From NCBI RefSeq assembly GCF_009914755.1, contig NC_060935.1: a stretch of DNA of 64,000 nucleotides; one strand, given 5' to 3'. The position numbers and the translations under genes were made by a program. The stretch comes from the human T2T-CHM13v2.0 reference genome, Homo sapiens. The notes beneath the pieces are model-generated. The model saw nothing but the letters and a program-made list of their open reading frames with translations. It was not told the origin of the DNA and searched no databases. Every line of letters starts with the position of its first letter. Position 1 is the stretch's first letter. Below are positions 1-14,460 of this stretch, piece after piece.

Positions 1-652
1 GGGTGGGAGGACAATGGATTTGGAGAAGAAACAGTGAGTCCAAGATAAACCACCAGCTCTTTTCTGAGTCCAAGGACCTCTCTGACAGAGGTCTCCCTCC
101 TAAAAGTCCTTTATTCTCCACCATACACACTTACTCCCCTCAAATTTTGTCACCTATAAGCCTTCTGTAATCCTTCCTTACAGAGAGAGGCCCAGCTTCT
201 AAAGGAAATATAGATGGTTTGCATATAAAAAACAAAAGTTATGCATCTGAAATCATAACCTCTCACTGACCCCCACAAGGACCTTCCAACATGTGTCTCC
301 AAAAAGACAGAGGCAAAGAAGAAGAAGAAAGGGCATGCTGGAGCACCTCTGCAGAGATGACGGATGGATGAGGAGGGGGAAAGCAGGTGCACTTCTGTCT
401 TGAAAGACAGAATCATCCAAGATTCATTAACAAGCATGTGTTGACTGCCTCCCCTGTGCTAGGGATGATGAGTGCTAGGGATATACTGGAGAGCGAGATG
501 GACCTTGCCACTGTCCTCAAGAAGCTCCTAGTCTAGTGGGGAAGACAGAGAATTACATACATACTAATACAGTGAAAAATGCCATGGTTGAGTATAGAGA
601 GAGGGAGAAAGAGGCATTTAGATTGAGATTTGATTAAGAAGGAGGCAGTATG

Positions 653-969
<317 letters not shown>

Positions 970-1193
970 ATGGAGGTAGTATGATGAATAACAGAGTACT
1001 GCAGGAACAAACAGTAGGAGGCAAAGCACATTAGGGATCAGGGACTTGGCTTCTATTCTGATTCAGCCCCTTATCAGGTGTGTGGTCTTGAGCAAAGAAT
1101 GTTACTGCTGAGTTCGGTTTGGAAGTTTTTATAAATAGCATTTATTTGATGCCTACAATTTCTAAATAAATTGGTTTTTGTTATGAGAAAATA

Positions 1194-2663
1194 CAGTCAT
1201 GCATTAACTAATGATGGGGATACCTTCTGAGAAATGCATCATTAGGTGATTTCATTGTGTAAACATCATAGAGTGTTTGTCACACAAACCTAGAAGGTAT
1301 AGCCTACTACATACCTAGGCTATACGGTATAGCCTACTGCTCCCAGGCTGCAAACCTGTACAGTATATTACTGTGCTGAATATTGTAGGGAAGAGTAACA
1401 CAATGTTATGTATTTGTGTATCTAAACATAGAAAAGGTACAGTGAAAATACAGCATAAAAGATAAACCATCATACACCTGTATAGGGCACGTACTGTTAA
1501 TGGAACTTGCAGGAGTAGATGTTGCTCTGGCTAAGTCAGTGATGAGTGGTGAGTGAAAGTAAAGGCCTAGGACATTACTGTACACTACTGTAGACTTTAT
1601 AAACACTGGATACTTAGGCTACATTAAATGTATTTAATAATAAATTAAACTTAGCATACTGTAACTTTTTACTTTATAAACTTTTTGACTCTTTTGTAAT
1701 AACACAGTGTAAAACAAAAAACACATTGTATGGCTATACAAAAATATTTTCTTTTTTTATACTCTTATCCTATAAGCATTTTTCTGTTTTTAACTTTAGA
1801 AAAAAAAAACCTTTCTGTTAAAACCAAGACACAAACACACACATTGGGCTACACAGGGTCAGGATAAATATTGCCATCTTCCACCTCTACATCTTGTCCC
1901 ACTGGAAGGTCATCAGGGCAACACCACACATGGAGCTGTCATCTCCTATAATAACGGTGCTTTATTCTGGAATACATCTTAAAGGACCTGCCTGAGTCTG
2001 TTTTATAGTTAACTTTTTTAAAAAAATAAGTAAGAGTATACTCTAAAATAATGATTGAAAGTATAATGTAGTAAATATATCAACCAGTCACACAGTCATT
2101 TATTATCACTATCAAGTATTATGTACATCATTGTATGTGCTAGGCTTTTATATGACTGACAGCACAGTAGGTTTGTTTATACCAGTATCCCCACAAACAC
2201 ATACGTAATGCATTATGCTGCAATGTTACAATAACATTACTAGGTGATAGAAACTTTTCAGCTCCATTATAATCTTTTGTTGTTGTTATTTTGGGTTTTG
2301 TTTGAGACAGAGTCTCACTCTGTTGTGCAGGCTGGAGTGCAGTGGCACTATCATAGCTCATTGCAGCCTTGAACTCCTGGGTTCAAGCAATCTTTCTGCC
2401 TCAAACTCCTGAGTAGCTATGACTATAGGCATGTATCACCACACCCAGCTAATTTTTTATGTTTTGTAGAGACGGGACTTTGCTATGTTGCTCAGGCTGA
2501 TCTCAAGCTCCTGGCCTCAGGTGATCCTCCCGCCTTGGCCTCTCAAAGTGCTGGGATTACAAAGATAAGCCACTGCACTCAGCTGTTCATTACAATCTTA
2601 TGAGACCACCATCGTATATGAAATTGGTCATTTACCAAAACATCGTTATTCAGTGCATGGCTG
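1194..2663 (+). mobile_element. Tigger3/Golem-type DNA transposon (TcMar), interrupted by an Alu
   Basis: Termini CAGTCATGCA... and ...TGCATGGCTG form inverted repeats flanked by TA at 1192-93 and 2664-65. Confidence 0.8.
2275..2583 (-). mobile_element. Alu (J) inside Tigger3
   Basis: Diverged Alu; flanks cattataatctt/cattacaatctt. Confidence 0.9.
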
Positions 2664-4100
2664 TAGTTTTCAATTTGGGAGCTAAAATGAGAATCAGTCA
2701 AAGTATGGGGCTCTGGAAGAGGGGGCTGCAGCTTTGAGGCTTTCCTTCTCTGCAATCTAGGAGGCTCTGTCCCCTGCCCTCTCTACCTTCCAGCTCTAAT
2801 CCCTCTCATGCTGAGGCCATAGGTGTGAGTAATTCAGTCCTGTTCAATCCAATTCGATTTTATCTAAATCTGCTTGGCTGTGATGTGGTGGTCCAAAGAT
2901 TAATCCATCTTTTAATAGACAATGACACAAAAGAATGGGGTCAGCCTCCCAGCCCCTCTGCCTCACACAGGTGTCCCTCCTATGAGCTCCAACAGCACCT
3001 TATACATCCTTCAGCCTCACTCCTTATCACATCTGTTTATGTATCTGAGTTTACTTCCCCACTGTGAGCTCTCAAATGGCAGGGATCTTGTCATGTTCAT
3101 CTCTTTGTCCCCAGTGCCTAGCACAAAGGGAGTCCTCTGTAAATGTTTATAGAGTGAGAATGAATGTTTGGAGAGAATTAAAATACAAGGCAGAAGTAAA
3201 ATAGGCTGTAATAGTTGTGTAAGAAACAGGCATGGGTCAGAGAAAGAGGAGAGTAGAAGGGCCTTACAGAAGGGCCTTACAGAAGAAGTAGCAGTCAATT
3301 TGAGTCTTGACCAACAAGGGATGAATAGGAATTCACCAGATACAGAAAATAAGCTTGTGATGAGGGGTAGAAGTTGTGAGGAGGGTTGGTAAAAGAGTAT
3401 TCCGGTCTGAGAAACCAGCTTGAGCAGGGAGAGAGTCACAAGTGCAAATGATGCATTCAAGAAATTGAGTCATCCAGTGGCTTGCTTAAATGCCTGCTGT
3501 ACAGGGAGGGGGTGGGAGAGAAAGAAGTCCCTTCTGGGAGGATCTTGATGATATTCTGAGGGGTTGCAGACAGTAGAGAGTAAGTATTTTTTTTTTTTTT
3601 TTGCTTTTGTTTTTAGAGAATAAAGACATGATCTGATGTGATTCAAAAGGTAGTGGGTTGTCAACAGTGTAGAATACTCTAGCGGGGTCAAATAGAGTAG
3701 GCTAAGAAAGGACCTTTGAATTTAGCAGTTAAAGATTAGTGTACTTGGGAAGAAGTATGCACTGATAGGGCACAGAATATTGTATTGTAATGGAATGAAG
3801 AGTAAATGAGAAGACACAAATATCCTCTTAAGAAGTTTGTCTGCAGAAAGAAGGAAAGATTTGGAACGAACCTTGAGAAGAGACAGGCTTTCTTAAGGAA
3901 GGGCAGAGTTGGGCCAATTTAACCAAACCTCAAGGGGTTAGAAGGCTAAAGGATTCAAGTTCACCATTTACTGAGCAGTTCATCGGTGGGGAATGTAGGC
4001 ATCTGGCTGGGTAGTGAGGGTTGGGGATAAGACGGAAGGAGGGGGATTTGACTGAATGAAGGCTGACCCCCTACTGCCACCTCTCCCTTTTCTTACCCAG

Positions 4101-4352
4101 AATTGGAGCTGGCCATTAGAATCACTCTTTACGCAGTGATCTTCCTGATGAGCGTTGGAGGAAATATGCTCATCATCGTGGTCCTGGGACTGAGCCGCCG
4201 CCTGAGGACTGTCACCAATGCCTTCCTCCTCTCACTGGCAGTCAGCGACCTCCTGCTGGCTGTGGCTTGCATGCCCTTCACCCTCCTGCCCAATCTCATG
4301 GGCACATTCATCTTTGGCACCGTCATCTGCAAGGCGGTTTCCTACCTCATGG
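4101..4352 (+). CDS. CCKBR: Gastrin/cholecystokinin type B receptor, coding exon 2 (TM1-TM3)
   Basis: Acceptor tcttacccag|4101 and donor 4352|gtgggt; 252 nt encoding ELELAIRITLYAVIFLMSVGGN...LAVSDLL...CKAVSYLM (class A GPCR GN and LAxxD motifs). Confidence 0.97.
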
Positions 4353-4519
4353 GTGGGTGAGACAACCACCCCACCCCCACTTGCCACTCTCCCCGCCTAA
4401 AGCTCTTGTGGATGTAGGGGTCTTCCCCGGTTGGCAGGGAGGGGTGTGAGGAAGTCCCACTGATGCTTGTGTAGTGCAAGTTTCCTAGGTGACTCCTTCC
4501 TTTCTCTTCCCTTGTTTAG

Positions 4520-4769
4520 GGGTGTCTGTGAGTGTGTCCACGCTAAGCCTCGTGGCCATCGCACTGGAGCGGTACAGCGCCATCTGCCGACCACTGCAGG
4601 CACGAGTGTGGCAGACGCGCTCCCACGCGGCTCGCGTGATTGTAGCCACGTGGCTGCTGTCCGGACTACTCATGGTGCCCTACCCCGTGTACACTGTCGT
4701 GCAACCAGTGGGGCCTCGTGTGCTGCAGTGCGTGCATCGCTGGCCCAGTGCGCGGGTCCGCCAGACCTG
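4520..4769 (+). CDS. CCKBR: CCKBR coding exon 3 (TM3-ECL2)
   Basis: cttgtttag|4520 and 4769|gtgagc; encodes GVSVSVSTLSLVAIALERYSAICRPL (E/DRY motif)...VRQTW; phases join exon 2 and exon 4. Confidence 0.97.
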
Positions 4770-5930
4770 GTGAGCTTGCCCATAAACTATCCTAGGAATT
4801 CCTTTCTCACCCCTATTAGATGCTTACGACCATTGCCCAGAATCTTCCTCCAGCTTCCCGCAGAATTACCACGCCAACTCCTATTCTGCATCCACCACCC
4901 TGGAGTTCCAGTTTGGGGCCCCTCCCCAGTTCTCTCTCCCTTCCCAGCGGCACCCCCAAATCCTACTCCTACTTCAGGTACCTGGCCACAGCCCTAGAAA
5001 CACTAGTCCTTGGCTTTTTCTCCATCTGTGATTACAGCTGGACAGAAACCCGAGTGATCTGTCTGTGTTGCCTTCAGGTCCGTACTGCTGCTTCTGCTCT
5101 TGTTCTTCATCCCGGGTGTGGTTATGGCCGTGGCCTACGGGCTTATCTCTCGCGAGCTCTACTTAGGGCTTCGCTTTGACGGCGACAGTGACAGCGACAG
5201 CCAAAGCAGGGTCCGAAACCAAGGCGGGCTGCCAGGTGGGGCTGGACCACGTGAGCAAAATCTGGGCGAGGCGGAGCTTTGGAGGGCGACGGGGCCTGCT
5301 GGAGTGGGTGGGACTGAAATGAAGGTGAGGGTGAGAAGGAAGCTGGAAATGGAGTTGAGCTGGGAGCGGAGGTCAGGTGGGGACTGGGCTGGAGACTGGG
5401 GGGACTCGCCTTTTTCTCTGACCGCCCACCCTTTGTGCTCAGGGGCTGTTCACCAGAACGGGCGTTGCCGGCCTGAGACTGGCGCGGTTGGCGAAGACAG
5501 CGATGGCTGCTACGTGCAACTTCCACGTTCCCGGCCTGCCCTGGAGCTGACGGCGCTGACGGCTCCTGGGCCGGGATCCGGCTCCCGGCCCACCCAGGCC
5601 AAGCTGCTGGCTAAGAAGCGCGTGGTGCGAATGTTGCTGGTGATCGTTGTGCTTTTTTTTCTGTGTTGGTTGCCAGTTTATAGTGCCAACACGTGGCGCG
5701 CCTTTGATGGCCCGGGTGCACACCGAGCACTCTCGGGTGCTCCTATCTCCTTCATTCACTTGCTGAGCTACGCCTCGGCCTGTGTCAACCCCCTGGTCTA
5801 CTGCTTCATGCACCGTCGCTTTCGCCAGGCCTGCCTGGAAACTTGCGCTCGCTGCTGCCCCCGGCCTCCACGAGCTCGCCCCAGGGCTCTTCCCGATGAG
5901 GACCCTCCCACTCCCTCCATTGCTTCGCTG
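4540..5930. other. Intragenic CpG-rich region over CCKBR exons 3-5
   Basis: Dense CpG dinucleotides in exons 3-5 and intron 4. Confidence 0.6.
5078..5235 (+). CDS. CCKBR: CCKBR coding exon 4 (TM5 and start of ICL3)
   Basis: ccttcag|5078 and 5235|gtgggg; SVLLLLLLFFIPGVVMAVAYGLISRELY...NQGGLP; an alternative donor at 5250|gtgagc adds 15 nt. Confidence 0.96.
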
Positions 5931-5975
5931 TCCAGGCTTAGCTACACCACCATCAGCACACTGGGCCCTGGCTGA
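5443..5975 (+). CDS. CCKBR: CCKBR coding exon 5 (ICL3, TM6-7, C-tail, stop)
   Basis: tgtgctcag|5443; AKKRVVRML, FFLCWLP, NPLVY motifs; ends ...TISTLGPG TGA at 5973-5975. Confidence 0.97.
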
Positions 5976-6533
5976 GGAGTAGAGGGGCCGTGGGGGTTGA
6001 GGCAGGGCAAATGACATGCACTGACCCTTCCAGACATAGAAAACACAAACCACAACTGACACAGGAAACCAACACCCAAAGCATGGACTAACCCCAACGC
6101 ACAGGAAAAGGTAGCTTACCTGACACAAGAGGAATAAGAATGGAGCAGTACATGGGAAAGGAGGCATGCCTCTGATATGGGACTGAGCCTGGCCCATAGA
6201 AACATGACACTGACCTTGGAGAGACACAGCGTCCCTAGCAGTGAACTATTTCTACACAGTGGGAACTCTGACAAGGGCTGACCTGCCTCTCACACACATA
6301 GATTAATGGCACTGATTGTTTTAGAGACTATGGAGCCTGGCACAGGACTGACTCTGGGATGCTCCTAGTTTGACCTCACAGTGACCCTTCCCAATCAGCA
6401 CTGAAAATACCATCAGGCCTAATCTCATACCTCTGACCAACAGGCTGTTCTGCACTGAAAAGGTTCTTCATCCCTTTCCAGTTAAGGACCGTGGCCCTGC
6501 CCTCTCCTTCCTTACCCAAACTGTTCAAGAAAT

Positions 6534-6539
6534 AATAAA
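6534..6539 (+). terminator. CCKBR polyadenylation signal
   Basis: AATAAA ~560 nt after the stop codon, followed by U/GU-rich sequence. Confidence 0.8.
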
Positions 6540-7419
6540 TTGTTTGGCTTCCTCCTGAACTTCCTTTCTGGATTCTTCTGGGGCAGGTGAGGAGGCATAG
6601 GATTTTGCAGTATCCTTCTGTCAGGTCTCTCCCACTGTTGCACACTGCTGTGCACAACCCCTTGCCAGAAAGCCCAGCCTCTGAGGTTCAGCGTGGCTGT
6701 GCATATTCTTTCTGAGTTTTCATCCTCTACCTACATTCCAATGTTGCAATAACTGTGAATGGGGATGGAAAATGGCATATCCATGACATATCATGATTCC
6801 TGATCACATTATCCCAAAGTGGTGCCACTGTTAAGGTACTATATTAATGGATGCTTATTAAATTTTGATGAAAAGATAAAAGAGGAAGCACTGTATAATA
6901 AGACTAAGTTTATTCAATGTGTGTTTGAAACACCAGAGATCAGACCATGACAGGTATACAGAATGAATACAGTTAATTAAAGAGTAGGGATTTTTTGCTG
7001 TACTCTCTTCCCCAGTGTCAAAACCTGGCCAAGATTCTGCCAAATGGAAGCACTTTTAGTAGCTACAACAAAAAAAGACCTGAATAGGAGTCTGAGAACC
7101 CAGTCTCCCTTTTACTATAAGAATGATCTAGCCCCAGAGACAGGCAAAGACCAACAATATCACCTCTTTACACACAATGACAAATGAGGAAGAACAGGAA
7201 CTGAGGACCTCACTAAGAGGACATACGTGGATAATCAGAGGCATAGTATATTGGAGGAGGGGTCTTTTGATGCTTCATCTTGTAACAGACAGGGGAAACT
7301 GAGGCCCAGAGCAGGAATGTAAGCTGCCTAAGGTCATACAGTAAGTTAGAGCAAGATAGAATAATGGTGTTGAAGTAGACCCTGGGCTGGAGATGGGGAA
7401 GAAGACCCACCCATGAGGA

Positions 7420-7585
7420 GCAGAGACAAGTTTTGTGGGACCTAAAGTTTATAAAATCGGGTACTCTTTTTTTAAGAAAGAAAAAGAATACAAAATCACA
7501 GATACAAAATTACTGGGACCCTGACCAGGGCCTTGAAAGGGGCCTGTGCAAGTGATGAGCCCTCAATTTTAGGCCTCATTCACTT
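7420..7585. mobile_element. MER91-like hAT-Tip100 fragment
   Basis: gtgggacctaaagtttata...agggccttgaaaggggcctgtgcaagtg. Confidence 0.5.
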
Positions 7586-9496
7586 CCCAGCCAATATGCC
7601 TCTAAAATACACCCACTAACTACCCTGGAGAAGGCTGCATGGAGTAGAGGACAGTGAGAAAGGAGAGTGGTTCTGTTTACCAGTGCTGGGGTTGCTCCCA
7701 TCCATCGTTTCTACAGGATTCTGGGCTGCAAGAGGCAGGAAGAAGGAAGAAAAGGAGGGAGAAGGCGTTCCAAGCTGTCAACTATGACAGGGATGGTTAA
7801 AAATAGAATCCCAGCTGGTCTGAGGAGCTGCAGGCAGATATTGGGCCTTTCTTTCTCATGCCAGCTTCTCTGTGGGGTGGGAGTAGGCTGGCCCATAGGC
7901 TCCCTAGCACTCCACCGTTCCTTCTAAAGACTGCCTGGGACTGTTAGCCCCCTCTAGCTGGAGCCTGGGCTCCAGATGACCACGAAATGGCAGCCTGGAG
8001 CTGGGTAGAGGGCTGGGTCTACAGAATACTTTTACCTCCATCACCCCATTCCATGCCCTATCCAGCTGTCAGATATGGTCTCTTGAGCTCCTTCCATCTA
8101 TTTTCCATTTCTTGAGATCTGATAAAACATTTCAGGTCTAGATTTAATATCACTGTCCCCATGAAGTCCTACTTTGTCATTCTGACAAAGCTTGTATGCT
8201 CATATGGTACTTACTGCTTTCTCTCTTTTGTCATAGTCATCTGTGTTCCTGCCTAATTTATCCTATCAGCCTGAGAGCAGCATGATGTAGTAGGAAGATG
8301 ACTGAGCCTGGTCGGGGGACAGAGGAGGGTAGTGGTAAGATCTAATTCTAAGTGATAGGCATTTTATATACACTGATTCATTTCATTCTCTGAATACTTC
8401 CACAGAACATTTCTCCTCATTCAAAAGACAAATAAAGTGAAGCTAAGAAAGCTTAAGGCAGTTATACGAGGTCCTACAGCCAGAATACAGCCAAGAACTG
8501 AGCTCGGGTATCTGACTTCAAAGCTTTTTCTATTTCCATTATAGTGTGTTGCCTTCTTTCAAGTCTTTCCAGTCCTAGTTCTATCTTTTAAAAGTTGTGT
8601 GATTTTGTGCACGTTATCTAAGTGAGTTTCAGGCTCAGGTGTAAAACGGTAATATTATATTAACCTTACACTGCCATTTTGAAACTTAAGTAAAATAATG
8701 CATATAAAGTGCTTATCATTGTATCAGGCACATAGCATAAGAAGAGTTAGATGCATCAAGACTGGAAGGAAGCAAAAGCACCAGGAAACAAAGCCTTCTG
8801 TAGACTGGTAGCCACCAATAATTGAACAGGACAGAACTCTGGGTCCAAGGGGAGGCTCAGAGCTTGCTACGAGATGATATTAGAAAGTGATATGTGTAGG
8901 CAAATAAATGGTAGGAAAAAAAAAGAAAGTGGTGTACACTGGAATAAAACTAGAAATCAAAAACAAGAAAAATTTTGGAGACTATACAAACACATGGAAA
9001 TTAAACAATATGTTCCTGAATGACAGTGGATCAATGAAGAAATTAAGAAAAAAAATGAAAAATTCCTTGAAACATAATGATAATGATAATGGAAACACAA
9101 CATACCAAAACCTATGGCATACAGCAAAAGCAGTACTAACAGAGAAGTTTATAGCTTGCCTATATCAAAAAAGACAGCCTAATGATACATCTTAAAGAAC
9201 TAGAAAAGCAAGAACAAACCCAAAATTAGCAGAAGAAAAGAAATAATAAATATGAGAGCAGAACTAAATGAATTTGAAATGAAGAAAAAAATCAAAAGAT
9301 CAATGAAACAAAATGTTGGCTTTGTGAAAAAATAAACAAAATTGACAAACCTTTAACTAGAATAAGAAAAAAGAGAGAAGACCCAAATATATAAAATCAG
9401 ACATGAAAAAGGAACATTACGACTGACACTGCAGAAATTCAAAGGATCATTCGTGATGACTATGAGCAACTATATGCCAATAAATTGGAAAATCTA

Positions 9497-9871
<375 letters not shown>

Positions 9872-12107
9872 AAAGAAATCCAAAACCCGAACAGACTAAA
9901 AACAAGTAATTATATTGAAGCCATAATAAAAAGTCTCCCAGAAAAGAAAAGCACGAGACCCAGTATCTTCACAGCTGAATTCTACCAAACATTTAAAGAA
10001 CTAATACCAATTCTACTCAAACTATTCCAAAAAATAGAGGAGGAGGGAATACTTCCAAACTCATTCTGTGAGGCAAGTATTACCCCAATACCAAAACCAG
10101 ACAAAGATACATCATAAAAGAAAACTATAGGCCAATATCAATGATGAATATTGACGCAAAAATCCTCCACAAAATATTAGCAGACCAAATTCAGCCATAC
10201 ATTAAAAAGATCATTCATCATTACCAAATAAAATTTTTCCCTGGGAGGCAAATCAATCAATGTGATACATCATATCAACAAAATGAAGGACAAAAACCAT
10301 ATGATTATTTCAATTGATGCTGAAGAAACATTTGACAAAGTTCAACCTCCCTTCATGATAAAACCTTCAAAAAACTGGGGATAGAAAGAACATACCTCAA
10401 CATAATAAAAGTCATATATAATAGATCCATAGCTAGTATCATACTGAATGGGGAAAAACTGAAAGTCTTTCCTCTAAGCTCTGGAACATGACAAGGATAT
10501 CCACTTGCACCACTATTATTCAACAGTCCTGGAAGTCCTACAGCAATCAGACAAGAGAAAGAAAAAAAGAACATCCAACTTGGAAAGGAAGAAGTCAAAT
10601 TATCCTCATTTGCAGATGATATGATCTGATATTGGGAAAAACCTAAATACTCCACAAGAAAACTATTAGAACTGATAATCAAATTCAGTGATGTTGCAGG
10701 ATACAAAATTAATATACAAAAATCAGTAGTATTTCTATATGCCAACAGTGAACAATCTGAAAAAGAAATACAGAAAGTAATCCCCCAGTTAATAGGATTC
10801 CTATTTTAAAAAAGAAGAAAAGAACAATATTAAAAGAAAGTAATCCCATTTATAATGGCTACAAATGAAATAAAATACTTAGGAATTAACAATAACACGT
10901 GAAAGATTCCTATAAAACATTGACAAAAAAAATTGAAGAAGACACAAAAAAATGGAAAGATATTTCATGTTCATGGATTGGAAGAATCACTATTGTTAAA
11001 ATATCCATAGTACCCAAAGCAATCTACAGATTCAATGCAATGCGTATCAAAATACCAATGACATTCTTCACAGAGAGAGAAGAAAATCCTAAAATGTATA
11101 TTAAACCAAAAAAGACCTAGAACAGCCAAAGCTATCTTAGCAAAAAGAACAAAACTGAAGGAATCATATTACTTAACTTTAAATTACACTACAGACCTAT
11201 AATAACCAAAATGGCATGGCACTGGCATAAAAACAGACACATAGATCAGGGCAGCAGAACAGAGAACTCAGAGATAATCCCATACCTCCACAGTGAACTT
11301 ATTTTTGACAAAGGCGCCAAAAGCATACAATGGGGAAAGGACAGTCTCTTCAATAAATGGTGCTGGGAAAACTGGATATCCATATGCAAAAGAATGAAAC
11401 TAGACCCCTATCTCTTGCTATATACAAAAATCAAATTAAAATGATTAAAGACTTAAATCTAAGACATCAACCCATGAAACTACTACGAGAAAACATTGGG
11501 AAAACTCTCCAGGACATTAGACTGGGCAAAGATTTCTTAAACAATACCCCACAATCACAGGCAACCAAAACAAAAATTGGCAAGTGGGATTACATCAAGT
11601 TAAAAAGCTTCTGCACAGCAAAGGAAGGAATCAACAAAGTGAAGGGACAATCCACAGAAGGGAGAAAATATTTTCAAACTACCTGTCTGACAAGGGATTA
11701 ATAACCAGAATATATAAAGAGCTCAAACAACTTTATAGGAAAAAATCTAATAATCCGATCAAAAAATGGGCAAAACATCTGAATAGACATTTCTCAAAAT
11801 GTACAAATGGCAAACAGGCACAAAAAACGTGCTCAATATCACTGATCATCAGAGAAACGCAAATCAAAACTACAATGAGATATCATCTCACACCAGTTAA
11901 AATGGCTTTTACCCAAAAGATAGGCAATAACAAATGCTGGCGACAATGTCGAGAAAAGGGAACCCTCATACACTGTTGGTGGGAATGTAAATTAGTAAAT
12001 CACTATGGATAACACTTTAGAGGTTCCTCAAAAGAGCGAAATAGAGCTACTATAGGATTCAACAATCTTGCTCCTAGGTATGTACCCAAACGAAATGAAA
12101 TCAGAGG

Positions 12108-12426
<319 letters not shown>

Positions 12427-13937
12427 TCAGAGAGATCTGCACTCCCATGTTTATTGCAGCACTATTCACAATAGCTAAGATTTGGAAGCAACCTAAGTGT
12501 CCATCAACAGATGAATGGATAAAGAAAACGCGGTACATATACACAATAGAGTACTACTATTCAGCCATAAAAAGGAATGAGATCATGTCATTTACAACAA
12601 CACTGATGGATGGTCCTTATGTTAAGTGAAATAAACCAGGTACAGAAAGACAAACTTTGCATGGTCTCACTTATTTGTGGGAGCTAAAATTTAAAACAAT
12701 TGAACTCATTGACATAGAGAGTAGAAGGATGGTTACCAGAGGCTGTGAAGGGTATTGGGGGAGCGAAGGGGAAGTGAGAATGGTTAATAAGTACAAAAAA
12801 AAAATTTAGAATGAATAAGACAGTATTTGCTAGCACAACAGGGTGACTATAGTCAAAAATAATTTAATTGTACATTAGAAAATAACTTATTCAATTGTTT
12901 GTAACAAAAAAGATAAATGCTTGAGGTGATAGATACCCCATTTATTCTTAAGTGATTATTATACATTACATTCCTGTATCAAAATATATACACCTACTAT
13001 GTACCCACAAAAATTAAAAAATAAAAATTTTTTAAGTGGTGGAGTAAGGATTTGAACCCAGGTCTGCCTGATCCCAAAGGCCATGCTCTTTTCACTATAT
13101 ATTCTGACTCTGCCTAGAGTGATCATTCAGGGCTGGAAAGAAATGAACTGGTGGGGAGCAGTTTGGAATCACTCAAGACTCCTGAGCCCAATGTAGAAGA
13201 AAAGAGGTTTAAATTTACAGCTCTGCAGACTTCAATCCCTCAGCAAGCACCGGGTGTACTGTCCTTCTCAGGTGCCTCTCCACACCCCTAGAACCCCCAT
13301 CCACATGCTGAAGGCTGGGTGCTGCTGAGAGCTTTGCACTTCCAACGCCTGACTGGGAGAAACTGAATGATGCACGGAAATGGCTAAGGCCAGCATCAGC
13401 AGAGAGGAGGGAAAGAGGCCGACACAGAGTAGTGTCTCAGGCTGAAATGGGCATTCAGGACAAGGAGGTGGGAGAGAGGGGAGGAATAAGTGCAAAAAGA
13501 GTGGGTAGGCTAGGAGGAGGAAGGGCTGGGGAAAAGCCTGTCAGGTCAATGGGACCAAGGAAGGGTAATGAGAGGAAGGGGGCCAGGGTGAGGGGAACGG
13601 GCAGTTTGAGTGAGTGATCAAACGGGAGTGGGAAATAGATGGGCAAGAAGGAGAAAGAGGAAAATGAAATTGAAGATGGACATTTGTCTTGGGAAAAAGA
13701 AAGAACTTTGGAGGAAAACCAGTGTGCTCACTTACTCCAGCAGGGACAGGAAAGACATCGTGTTGCTGTGGAACCCAGAAGTAGCAGGCTGCCTAGGTAA
13801 GGCTTGATTCTAATATGTGTTGATGATGGGATAGGGCTCTCAGCAGCCTGGCCGACATTACTGTAACTTTTGGGTTTCCCGTGATCTGGCAAATGCAAGT
13901 AACTGTACTAATTCCACCTCCTAGTTAGATAATAACC

Positions 13938-14237
13938 TTTTTTTTTTTTTTTTCCTGAGACTGAGTCTCCCTCTATCACCCAGGCTGGAGTGCAGTGGCA
14001 CAATCTCAGCTCACTACAGTCTCAACCTCCCAGGCTCAAGCAATTCTCTTGACTCGGCCTCCGGAGTAGCTGGGATTACAGGTATCCGCCACCATGCCCA
14101 GATAATTTTTTTATTTTCAGTAGAGACAGGGTTTCGCCATGTTGGCCAGGCTGGTCTCGAACTCCTGACCTCAAGTGAGCCACCCGCCTCAGCCTCCCAA
14201 AGTGCTGGGATTACAGGCGGATTACACTGCACCTAGC
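13938..14237 (-). mobile_element. Alu (S)
   Basis: Poly-T followed by Alu reverse complement. Confidence 0.95.
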
Positions 14238-14460
14238 CAGATAACAACCTTTTCTAAGTGCTTTCCCTTGTTCTCATCTGGTCCCTGCAACACTTAACCA
14301 GTATGATGAGATGGTCCCATTATGCCCATTTTACAGGGAAAGAAATTAAGACTCAGGTGAAACAACTTGCTCAGAGTCCTAGATCAAGTACGTGACTGAA
14401 TAGAAACAACAGGTTCGTTGTGATTTTACCAAAACCATTATTGACCAGTCTGAGATTATA

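Noticed and set aside
3255-3285. 13-bp tandem duplication AGAAGGGCCTTAC (similarly aaactcaattcaaaca near 56634 and 56665)
   Set aside because: Only two copies; ordinary slippage, not an array
5439-6227. 262-aa minus-strand ORF over CCKBR exon 5
   Set aside because: Shadow ORF of a GC-rich coding exon; no recognisable domain or promoter
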